A stretch of DNA of 33,057 nucleotides from Octopus bimaculoides (Eukaryota): NCBI RefSeq assembly GCF_001194135.2, contig NC_069000.1:25385268-25418324 (forward strand), given 5' to 3'. The notes beneath the pieces were generated by a model that saw nothing but the letters and a program-made list of their open reading frames with translations, did no database searches and was not told where the DNA came from. This document shows positions 24,553 through 33,005 of the stretch, piece after piece; position 1 is the first letter of the stretch, and each line of letters starts with the position of its first letter. Both the position numbers and the translations under genes were made by a program.

Positions 24553-27500
24553 TAATAATGATAAGTGCCCTGATGCAGTACCAGGCAGTGGCTCTCAGTG
24601 GCTCTCATGGTGGTATTGAGTCTGCTCAATACCACAGATTTACTTGTCAGTTGTTTGATCTTAACCAGTTTGGCATGCCCCTTAGTGGCTGACAATATGC
24701 GGATCTCTGATCACGAGCAGAAATAGTGGGGGAGCATCATAGCCATGTGTTGAGAGGAGTTCTTTGGGGTTTGAATAATTCACCTCTGGAGGCGTGGGTG
24801 TTTTGTTCATTATCCTTAAAACAAACCTTATTCAGGGACCTTTTGAATGGGATAGGCTATTGGAAGTTTGCAAATTCGCAAGGGAACTCGGCATTAACCC
24901 TGAAATAGTTAAAGAACCTGAAACCACTGCCACAAAACAAGCAAAATGGATCAAGCAAACCGCAAAGAAGAACGGGCAGAAACNNNNNNNNNNNNNNNNN
25001 NNNNNNNNNNNNNNNNNNNNNNNNNNNNNNNNNNNNNNNNNNNNNNNNNNNNNNNNNNNNNNNNNNNNNNNNNNNNNNNNNNNNNNNNNNNNNNNNNNNN
25101 NNNNNNNNNNNNNNNNNNNNNNNNNNNNNNNNNNNNNNNNNNNNNNNNNNNNNNNNNNNNNNNNNNNNNNNNNNNNNNNNNNNNNNNNNNNNNNNNNNNN
25201 NNNNNNNNNNNNNNNNNNNNNNNNNNNNNNNNNNNNNNNNNNNNNNNNNNNNNNNNNNNNNNNNNNNNNNNNNNNNNNNNNNNNNNNNNNNNNNNNNNNN
25301 NNNNNNNNNNNNNNNNNNNNNNNNNNNNNNNNNNNNNNNNNNNNNNNNNNNNNNNNNNNNNNNNNNNNNNNNNNNNNNNNNNNNNNNNNNNNNNNNNNNN
25401 NNNNNNNNNNNNNNNNNNNNNNNNNNNNNNNNNNNNNNNNNNNNNNNNNNNNNNNNNNNNNNNNNNNAAAAAATGTTACTATCCTCTAGGATTTTCCAGT
25501 CAACACTGACAGAACGAACCAGCCTAATCGACCAGACATAATTATTAAAGACGAGGAAGAAAATACTTGTAGATTAATAGATGTAAGTGTTCCCACTGAT
25601 AAAAATATATCTGTCAAGGAATTTGACAAACTAAGTAAATATAAAAGTACTTGGAAATTGAAATACAAAAGATGTGGCATTTTAAAACGAGAACTGTTCC
25701 TGTTATTGTACTACTCTAGCTATGATAAGAAAGGAAAGTCAGAAACATCTAGATAAGATCCCAGGGGAACCATGTCTCAGAGAAATCCAAAAGACTGTGC
25801 TGACAAGTACTGCTCAAACCCTTAGAAAAAACCCTTTCCATTTAAATGTCTGTATTGTATTACATGGTGGAGGCGCAATGGCCCAGTGGTTAGGGCAGCG
25901 GACTCGCGGTCATAGGATCACAGTTTCGATTCCCAGACCGGGCGTTGTGAGTGTTAATTGAGCGAAAACACCTAAAGCTCCACGAAGCTCCGGCAGGGGA
26001 TGGTGGCGAACCCTGCTGTACTCTTTCACCACAGCTTTCTCTCACTCTTACTCCCTGTTTCTGTTGTGCCTGTAATTCAAAGGGTCAGTCTTGTCACACT
26101 GTCTCACGCTGACTATCCCCGAGAACTACGTTAAGGGTACACATGTCTGTAGAGTGCTCAGCCATTTGCACGTTAATTTCACGAGCAGGCTGTCCCGTTG
26201 ATCGGATCAACTGGAACCCTCGACGTCGTAAGCGACGGAGTGCCAACAAAAACAACAACAACAACAACATGTATTACATGAAGATTTTNNNNNNNNNNNN
26301 NNNNNNNNNNNNNNNNNNNNNNNNNNNNNNNNNNNNNNNNNNNNNNNNNNNNNNNNNNNNNNNNNNNNNNNNNNNNNNNNNNNNNNNNNNNNNNNNNNNN
26401 NNNNNNNNNNNNNNNNNNNNNNNNNNNNNNNNNNNNNNNNNNNNNNNNNNNNNNNNNNNNNNNNNNNNNNNNNNNNNNNNNNNNNNNNNNNNNNNNNNNN
26501 NNNNNNNNNNNNNNNNNNNNNNNNNNNNNNNNNNNNNNNNNNNNNNNNNNNNNNNNNNNNNNNNNNNNNNNNNNNNNNNNNNNNNNNNNNNNNNNNNNNN
26601 NNNNNNNNNNNNNNNNNNNNNNNNNNNNNNNAACATTTCCCTAAAAGAAATAGAAAAACTTTCAAAATACAAAGACCTGGAAATAGAGGTAACTCGAATG
26701 TGGAATCTAAAAACAGAAATAATTCCTATTATAGTAGGTGCCTTAGGTATAATAAAAAAATATCCAGACAAATACATAGCAAAAACACCAGGACTTACAA
26801 ATATATATAACATACAGAAAATTGCACTACTGGGCACAGCACACATCCTACGCAAAACACTTTCAATACAGTAACCATAAGAGCACCACAGCAAACCACA
26901 GCACATACCCAAGGATCACAGAGCTGCGCTCGGTAGTGAAGTGAAAGCACGTTATAAAAATAAAACTGCTGAACAATAATAATAATAATAAAAGACAAGT
27001 ATTTATTGCAAGACATTACTGAGTTGAATACCAGGTTGTATGTTTCTACAACTTCGTCTAAATCATGAACTTTATATATACACCCCTTGTTATGTCTCTT
27101 ATTTCCTATCTGTCTTTGAAGCTCACCTCTATATACGCACCATCACCGCCACTACTAGTATATCATTGCTTCCTACTAAAGCTTTTTATCATTCTTTCTC
27201 CGATGATGGAGTAAATCACAATTGTATTATAGGAGGCTGATCGCTTGCGCATCTATTCTTAAGAACAATTCTAAGTGACTATCTGCACACCTTCTTTCCT
27301 CCTATTTTCTCACCCAATTTCAGATTCTATCTACGATGACCAGCTTTACCAATAATTCGAACTTACGATATCACAGTTCAAATGATTTGGCTGCGTAAAG
27401 TGAAAAGAATGTCGTAAAAAATGGATATGGTTAAGATATTGAATAAAAAAAAATAGACATGGTTAAATTACACATTATGATGGGATATAATTACGATTTA

Positions 27501-27846
27501 TCGCAAGACAATAAAGTTAAAATATAAATTAATACGGACAATTGAAATATCAATTAAAAGGGGAAGAAGTTAATACATAGATTAATACAGGATTAATATA
27601 TTTTATGATTAAGATCTATATCAAGATAGACTATGATGAGGATATAAATTAAGACGGATAATATAAAAATATAGATTAAAACATGGTTACATAGAGTGTG
27701 AACTTTCATATAACTATATACCAGTGTATCCATACACACTGTAAAACATTATTGATATACTTTACCACAGTTACATTATATATATACATATATGTATATA
27801 TACACACATACATACATACGTAAACACACATGTGTCTGTACGTGTG

Positions 27847-27890
<44 letters not shown>

Positions 27891-30800
27891 TGTGTGGTGC
27901 GTGTGTGTGTGTATAGATGATGTAGAGAGCAGAAAAGTGTATCAAGTAAGTTTAGGCGAATTTATGCATGAAGTTAATTTCAAGAGACCAAGTTGTCTTA
28001 CTAGTCAAAGCAATGTGCTGCTGTCAATACCCAGTCGTTGTTGAGGATTGTTCCTGCGCACATCCGGACACCGCTCACAAGGAGCATCACCTTTACAGAA
28101 AAAGAGAAAAGAAATAAGATTAAGAATAATAATTAATTCGTTTATCAGCCACAAGGGATTACATAAAATTACATTAAGAGACAACATAAAAGACAAAAAC
28201 AGAACGATACAATGGGTTTTACAACGTGTAAACTGTATATATAACGAGTAAATATTAAACAATTTAAAACTCCCAATAGGGGAAGCACATTAAGGACCTT
28301 GTGAAAAACCCCACAAAAGTCACGGGTGCCTGAACAACAGGGCAAGAACCCTTCTCCTTTTGTTTACAGGTGCACGCTCAGAATTGGTCCTTTCACACTG
28401 GCCATTCTACCAACATTCACTCACCTTTCAACAAACTTGCTACAAGGCAACACTTCCCTCACCACCCTCAACTTCTTTTTCAAGTGAAACTTAAAAAAGT
28501 TGCTGAGGGCTTGGCCAAAGAGGAAAGTGTCTGTCTTTCGGACTTTCAAACGGGTCCACTATACTACCTCTTTCGCTACAACCACTAGACAAATAAAAAT
28601 TGCCTTCCCCTCCCGGACAAAAGAGGGCGGCGGGGCAACCTTCACAATGGATTCAGCTGATAGCCGGATTCGTCCCACACGCGACAACAGGTGTTCGACA
28701 TAAACCCACTGGTCAACAATACTCGGGCACTGGACTAGGGCGTGCAGAATGGTTTCTTCGTTCTGGGAGCACCTCGGACAGGCCCGGGTGATGGCACTTC
28801 CGTGCCTGTAAAGTTTAGCAAATGCATAATCGACTGAGTTATACCTTTAGTAAGGAGAGAAGTTAAGCTTCCAGTCTGGAAGTGTACCGGTGATGTCATC
28901 ACTTGGTTCCACTCTCTTTCTGATAAGTCACGCACCCATTTCCTTCAGTTCGATATTTCAAACTGCTACGCCTTTATATCACCAGTTCTATTAAACAAGG
29001 CTCTAATCTTTGCAAGAAAATACACACCCCTCTCTCGCTCTGGCATGGACATCATCTTAGGAAAACACTTCTACATTTCAATAGCAATTACTGGTCCTGC
29101 AATTAATCTTAGTATCTGTTTGATATAACCATGGGCTCATCCAACTCTGCTCAAGTTACTGACCTGGTTGGTCTCTTCATTTTTTTCTCATATTTATAAA
29201 CACTTCCTCAACCTATTCCACGGTCTGTACAGGGATGACACATTCCTTACAGCCACAAGTATGTCCCAACCATCCATTGAACGTACCTGGAAGGCCCTCC
29301 ATAGATTCTCTAAAAACCATAATCTTTCTATCTCATTTGAAAATACCACAAAAGTAGTTAACTCCTTAGATGTCACCCTCGACTTCGCCATAAATTGTAT
29401 GAGTCACTATAATATATCGACGTCTAAACTAAAAACAAAACTTGCACTTCTCTTTCCCAGTGCGGATTCTGAGCACACCCAGTTTACATCTACCCGTCCA
29501 CATCCCATCAACCTGCAACTGAATTTCCTTATTCCCAATACTCGTCTGGCTGCCTCGAACGTTAAATAACCCCAAGCCTCCCCATTCCCGCGTTCTAATC
29601 CCTCCACGGACAGAAGGCGGAAGATTTTATGGTTTACGCCACCATTCTCTCTTCAGGTTACATCTTTATCCAAGCTATTTTTCAAAATCTTAAGCTCCAA
29701 TTTCTCACCTCAAGATAAATATTACCCTATTTTTAATAAAGTTTCGATTAAAATCTCTTACTCTACAATACCAAATTTAGGATCTATAATTTCATCCCCA
29801 ACAGGCGAAAAGTAAACCGCCTTATGTGGACTCTACGATCTATCCAACCGGATCCTACCCTATACCAACTGATAGTAATGATACTATGACCTCAAAACCC
29901 GACCCACTTCAATAATAGTTATCCTGGGACCACATATAACAGCCGTAATGACCTTTCCTACTCCCAAACTTGTAATAATAACCCAGCCGATTCTTCTTCG
30001 AGTGTTACAGATCATATGAATCAGACCAGAATAAGCATCAATCTTAAGTCCACCGCTGATAGGAAAAACTGCAATTGTCAGGTTTCCCAACTTTGTCCAT
30101 TGGATGTTTTTTCTTTACGCTATAATGTAGTATATAATGCCGAATAATAGCACCATGTTCCCATCAAGCTAGGCTGTACATTGGTAATACTGTTGATTTC
30201 AAGTGCTATCGGACTCACATGAATTCGATTTCAAATCGAGCTTTTAGACTCTCTACCTCCTTGACTACATACTTACACAACATCAATCCTCGGAATATTC
30301 TCTATACCTTATCTTGGTCATTGTTTGTGATGTTTCCTGTACAATAGTAACCAACGTGCTTCTAAGTTGTGTTTCAAGAAATCGCTTGTTATCCTTCGCC
30401 ATCATAACTGATCGTTACTCGATAGGTTTCCTGACGTAATCTTTTAATGTAAACACAAATTTTATTCTACGTTTGTCCATTTTGCATCTCCAAATTATGA
30501 TTAAGCCCAAACTTAGCACATAGCTAAGCAAGCAGCATATTTCTTCTCTTTCTAATGTACTTTCTCTATTCTCTTTGTACCTTTCTCCCCTATCTCAGCA
30601 TATTTTCCTCCTCAGCTACCCGACCCCTTTTTCTTGATTTCATTCCTTGACTCTTCCTGTATTTCTCTATAACCATTTTCTACCCCTAATTAATTTAAAG
30701 TCTGCCTCTTCTCTGTTCTCCTCGTTCCTTTCTCAGCAGTCCTCCTCCTCCGCTGTCCCTACCTCCATTCTTTTATTTCATTGCTTTCTCTTCCTGTCCT

Positions 30801-32918
30801 TCTCTATGGCCAGCGACCATCTTTAAGCGATTTAAAGTCTGCTTAGTGACATACTCGACCACAAGTGACGCCCCTTTTCAACGTAATGACTTTAACTTAT
30901 CTCTCCCGTCTTCCCTCTGGCACATCTCTTCTACCTCTATTTACTCACACTATATTGCAGACTTCCCCTCCCTCTTCCCACCCTGTATTTTCTATTGTTC
31001 TTCTTCTATCTCTTCCTTCCTGTCACTTGCTCCATTTCGTCCTCCTCTCCGCTTCAAGCTATAAATCTCTAGAACTACTATGTGAGCTGCTCTTGACAAT
31101 TTTTTCGCATGATATAAGAAGCCAGATTTATGATATCTGTATGCGACCATTTTCTAGTTGTATATCCATGACTCTTTTGTACGTTCCATCTGCTAATTAG
31201 GAATATTACGATTATTAAAGGCGGCGAGCTGGCAGAAACATTAACGCGACATGCGAAATGCGTAGCGGTATTTCGTCTGCAGCTACGTTCTGAGTTCGGA
31301 TTCTGCCGAAGTCGACTTTGCCTTTCATCCTTTCGGGGTCGATTATATAAATACCAGTTACACACTGGGGTCGATATAATCGACTTAATCCGTTTGTCTA
31401 TCCTTGTTTGTCCCCTCTGTGTGTAGTGGGTAGTAAAGAAATAAGGAATATTACGATTATTACGTAATTTCGAGCTCTCAGTCGAGTTAAAAGAACTAGT
31501 AATTTTTTATTTTTTATGCTCTATGTAAATATATTTGTCTACATGTATATAAATGTGTATATACATGTGTATATGCATTTATCTTCTGAATGTATTCAAG
31601 GCAGTACCCCAGAATAGCCGCAGTCTAATGACGGAAACAAATAAAAAAACAGGACAAAAACAAACAAAANNNNNNNNNNNNNNNNNNNNNNNNNNNNNNN
31701 NNNNNNNNNNNNNNNNNNNNNNNNNNNNNNNNNNNNNNNNNNNNNNNNNNNNNNNNNNNNNNNNNNNNNNNNNNNNNNNNNNNNNNNNNNNNNNNNNNNN
31801 NNNNNNNNNNNNNNNNNNNNNNNNNNNNNNNNNNNNNNNNNNNNNNNNNNNNNNNNNNNNNNNNNNNNNNNNNNNNNNNNNNNNNNNNNNNNNNNNNNNN
31901 NNNNNNNNNNNNNNNNNNNNNNNNNNNNNNNNNNNNNNNNNNNNNNNNNNNNNNNNNNNNNNNNNNNNNNNNNNNNNNNNNNNNNNNNNNNNNNNNNNNN
32001 NNNNNNNNNNNNNNNNNNNNNNNNNNNNNNNNNNNNNNNNNNNNNNNNNNNNNNNNNNNNNNNNNNNNNNNNNNNNNNNNNNNNNNNNNNNNNNNNNNNN
32101 NNNNNNNNNNNNNNNNNNNNNNNNNNNNNNNNNNNNNNNNNNNNNNNNNNNNNNNNNNNNNNNNNNNNNNNNNNNNNNNNNNNNNNNNNNNNNNNNNNNN
32201 NNNNNNNNNNNNNNNNNNNNNNNNNNNNNNNNNNNNNNNNNNNNNNNNNNNNNNNNNNNNNNNNNNNNTTATTCAATCGGACCCTTTTTGCCGAACTGCT
32301 AGATTGCGGGGACGCAAACACACCACGATTGGTTGTCAAATGATGATGATGTGTGTGTGAGGGTGTGTGGGGAGGACAAACACAGACACAGAGACACGCG
32401 CATAGATATATATATATATATATATACACACGAGGTTATAGTAGAAGACACTTGCCACCTGCCAAAGGTGCCAATTGAAGATAGAACAATGAAGTCTAAT
32501 GGTATTTCATTGCCTACTTTACGCCAGATAGACTTCCTTCTTCATTCTCAGACATGGGTAAAATAATTACAAGGTAAAGTACTGCCATCAAAATACTCGT
32601 TTAAAACCCTTGAAGAAATTTACTGTACCAGTAAAAAAAGTTAGAAAAAGACAAGGAAAGAAAGCAAAGGTAGCAAAGCAGACCAACGATAAAATAACAG
32701 ACGTACGATCCATGGCCACGATCCAGGGTAAGCTTCCGTGCCACCCACTATATAGGAGATTCTTTTCCGGATGAAACTAATTCCACATTCATTCGTGTGA
32801 CCAGTAGACTTCATAGCATTGCATACATTCTGGCCCATTTTGGAAATATCTTGGTAACAGGGTGGCGGTCTCTCACCAAGGGTTATTAGTTCCGAGTAAG
32901 ATGAGACAATCAATGAGA
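7543..32918 (-). CDS. Multi-exon trypsin-like serine protease (peptidase S1A) gene, 5'-incomplete; 902 coding nt in 6 exons
   Basis: Manual splicing gives [56 protein letters not shown]/[19 protein letters not shown]...TAAHCFD-Y...NDIALL...QPICLP...GWGMTF-G...GLDACN-GDSGGP...[12 protein letters not shown]...PGVYTR...GIVG*. All introns are GT-AG, with phases 0,2,1,0,1 matching across junctions. His57, Asp102, Ser195, Asp189, Gly216 and Gly226 equivalents are present. Confidence 0.95.
9261..9440 (-). mobile_element. Decayed tRNA-derived SINE, same core family as 31218-31443
   Basis: Reverse strand reads gaattggtagaatagttagag...gaattcaaatcctaccgaggtgaactttgctttcatcctttcagggacgataaaataagtacc. 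Confidence 0.75.
9841..9918. repeat. Perfect 16-bp minisatellite (GGATAAAATTCCTTGA) x ~4.9
   Basis: Four identical units plus 14 nt, with no spacers. Confidence 0.97.
11621..11675 (-). CDS. Protease exon with catalytic Ser (GDSGGP)
   Basis: Acceptor ctctttcAG and donor GTAAGT at 11620. Encodes [18 protein letters not shown] plus 1 nt. Confidence 0.96.
11830..12005 (-). mobile_element. 3' half of a composite SINE (family with an internal microsatellite)
   Basis: Near reverse complement of 12399-12570; shares gtaaacacacc...ttgtcaa...ggacaaaca with 32269-32400; followed by (CA)n. Confidence 0.8.
12399..12570 (+). mobile_element. 3' half of the same SINE family, in opposite orientation
   Basis: ccaccatcgcttga...ggtgtgtttacgt...cgactaaagg...atgactgaaacaagtaaaagaata, preceded by a TA/TGTA tract. 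Confidence 0.8.
13010..13095 (-). mobile_element. Highly degenerate tRNA-SINE head
   Basis: Reverse strand tggttgcgtggctagaaaactcg...cagattcgattccactgcgt resembles the head at 13990-14108. Confidence 0.4.
13990..14108 (-). mobile_element. tRNA-derived SINE head (A box TGGCTGTGTGG, B box GGTTCAGTCC) with a ttgggcaagt core
   Basis: Pol III boxes at tRNA-like spacing; cttctactata motif shared with 32425-32470. Confidence 0.8.
14231..14379 (-). CDS. Protease exon ending at the S1-pocket Asp (GLDACN)
   Basis: Acceptor cactcacatcAG (phase 1) and donor GTAAGT at 14230. Encodes [10 protein letters not shown]...[15 protein letters not shown]. Confidence 0.95.
14434..14727 (+). mobile_element. 3' end of an R4/Dong-type (restriction-like endonuclease) LINE, flanked by (TAA)n on both sides
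   Basis: [45 protein letters not shown] (stop 14569-14571) is homologous to the C-termini at 25722-25845 and 26631-26874. (TAA)n at 14396-14433 and 14728-14840. Confidence 0.8.
14843..15343 (+). repeat. 'Repeat X' copy 2, between two (TAA)n tracts
   Basis: Homologous to 722-1272; (AAT)n tail at 15344-15395 runs into a gap. Confidence 0.85.
16327..18164 (-). mobile_element. ORF1-only (HAL1-like) non-autonomous L1/Tx1 derivative
   Basis: ORF1 N-terminal part ([54 protein letters not shown]) is homologous to ORF1 at ~23750-23960. The C-terminus ...[26 protein letters not shown] stops at 16459-16457. The LINE 3' terminus cccttgtggccAATAAA follows within ~125 nt, with no ORF2. Gap at 16901-17488 lies inside ORF1. 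The 5' boundary is approximate. Confidence 0.75.
18203..18474 (-). CDS. Protease exon with catalytic Asp (NDIALL) and GWG
   Basis: Acceptor ...tatatggtcAG (phase 2, completes Tyr) and donor GTAGGT at 18202 (phase 1). 90 codons, AQLRNASLW...IAGWGMTF. Confidence 0.93.
18838..19041. repeat. Compound trinucleotide microsatellite (ACT/GCT/GAT/AAC/AAT) at the LINE 3' tail
   Basis: Direct reading; it is the source of the poly-T/A/D/N pseudo-ORFs in the track. Confidence 0.97.
19290..22531 (-). pseudogene. LINE ORF2 (APE endonuclease, reverse transcriptase, C-terminal CCHC region), many frameshifts and stops
   Basis: [63 protein letters not shown] and [13 protein letters not shown] across several frames. 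Confidence 0.92.
22542..24048 (-). pseudogene. LINE ORF1 (gag-like nucleic-acid chaperone), frameshifted
   Basis: ATG at 24048 (MDAASVAK). Degenerate knuckle [14 protein letters not shown], a Q/T/P-rich tract, then [11 protein letters not shown]...PEPL* with stop at 22544-22542. Confidence 0.8.
24463..24562. repeat. (GAT)n(AAT)n microsatellite
   Basis: Direct reading. Confidence 0.97.
24565..24862 (+). repeat. 'Repeat X' copy 3 (internally deleted, 3'-truncated)
   Basis: Starts gtgccctgatgcagtaccaggcagtggctctc directly after (AAT)n; homology ends near gaccttttgaatgggataggcta. Confidence 0.8.
24863..26288 (+). mobile_element. R4/Dong-type LINE 3' part with restriction-like endonuclease; SINE inserted in its 3' UTR
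   Basis: [39 protein letters not shown] (PD-(D/E)xK-type RLE), then [15 protein letters not shown] with stop near 25845. Assigning 24863-24983 to this element across the gap is inferred. Confidence 0.8.
25867..26269 (+). mobile_element. Full-length tRNA-derived SINE with (CAA)n tail and 11-bp TSD
   Basis: A box TGGCCCAGTGG and B box GTTTCGATTCC. TSD TGTATTACATG at 25856-25866 and 26270-26280. Confidence 0.92.
26631..26992 (+). mobile_element. 3' end of another R4/Dong-type LINE subfamily with (AAT)n tail
   Basis: [39 protein letters not shown]...[20 protein letters not shown] (stop at 26874), then 3' UTR and tail. Confidence 0.88.
28002..28090 (-). CDS. Protease exon with catalytic His (TAAHC)
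   Basis: Not in the ORF track. Acceptor ctctttttctgtaaAG and donor GTAAGA at 28001. Encodes [29 protein letters not shown] plus 2 nt. Confidence 0.95.
28116..28816 (-). mobile_element. 5'-truncated L1/Tx1-clade LINE (ORF2 C-terminus plus 3' UTR)
   Basis: [19 protein letters not shown] (CCHC)...GPILSVHL*, stop at 28366-28364. 3' end reads cccttgtggctGATAAAcgaa. Confidence 0.9.
28817..30340 (+). mobile_element. Decayed Penelope-like element (RT plus GIY-YIG endonuclease)
   Basis: Broken frames give [83 protein letters not shown] and LYIGNT. The right boundary is approximate. Confidence 0.85.
31218..31443 (+). mobile_element. Full-length tRNA-derived SINE with conserved core (gcctttcatcctttcggggtcgat) and 19-bp TSD
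   Basis: TSD AGGAATATTACGATTATTA at 31199-31217 and 31444-31462; degenerate A and B boxes (gagctggcagaa; gagttcggattc). Confidence 0.9.
32269..32470 (-). mobile_element. Decayed composite SINE linking head core, TA/TG microsatellite and 3' half
   Basis: Reverse strand reads gcaagtgtcttctactataacctcg, then (TA)n/TG, then tttgtcctcccc...ggtgtgtttgcgtcccc...gttcggcaaaa. Confidence 0.7.
32707..32918 (-). CDS. Protease exon: probable end of signal peptide, propeptide and IVGG N-terminus
   Basis: Acceptor ttctactttctatctttgaAG at 32919-32920 and donor GTACGT at 32706. Encodes SLIVSSYS...ECG...[21 protein letters not shown]. The 5' boundary is the less certain one. Confidence 0.85.
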
Positions 32919-33005
32919 CTTCAAAGATAGAAAGTAGAATTGGAAATTCAGGACATATGGAATAGAAATATGTGAAAATATGTGCTTATACATACATGCA
33001 TGCAT

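Larger units (their letters stand above)
8704..32268. other. Seven assembly gaps (8704-8863, 13823-13922, 15396-16326, 16901-17488, 24984-25467, 26289-26630, 31670-32268)
   Basis: N runs, mostly abutting microsatellites or repeats. Confidence 0.99.

Noticed and set aside
25867-25945. Possible tRNA gene
   Set aside because: It continues into a ~330-nt body with a (CAA)n tail and TSD, and has no proper acceptor stem, so it is a SINE head.
32641-32913. Single-exon 90-aa protein as called in the ORF track
   Set aside because: The start is a TTG inside an exon, and the hydrophobic tail RLLFYRW... is intron read-through past the donor at 32706.
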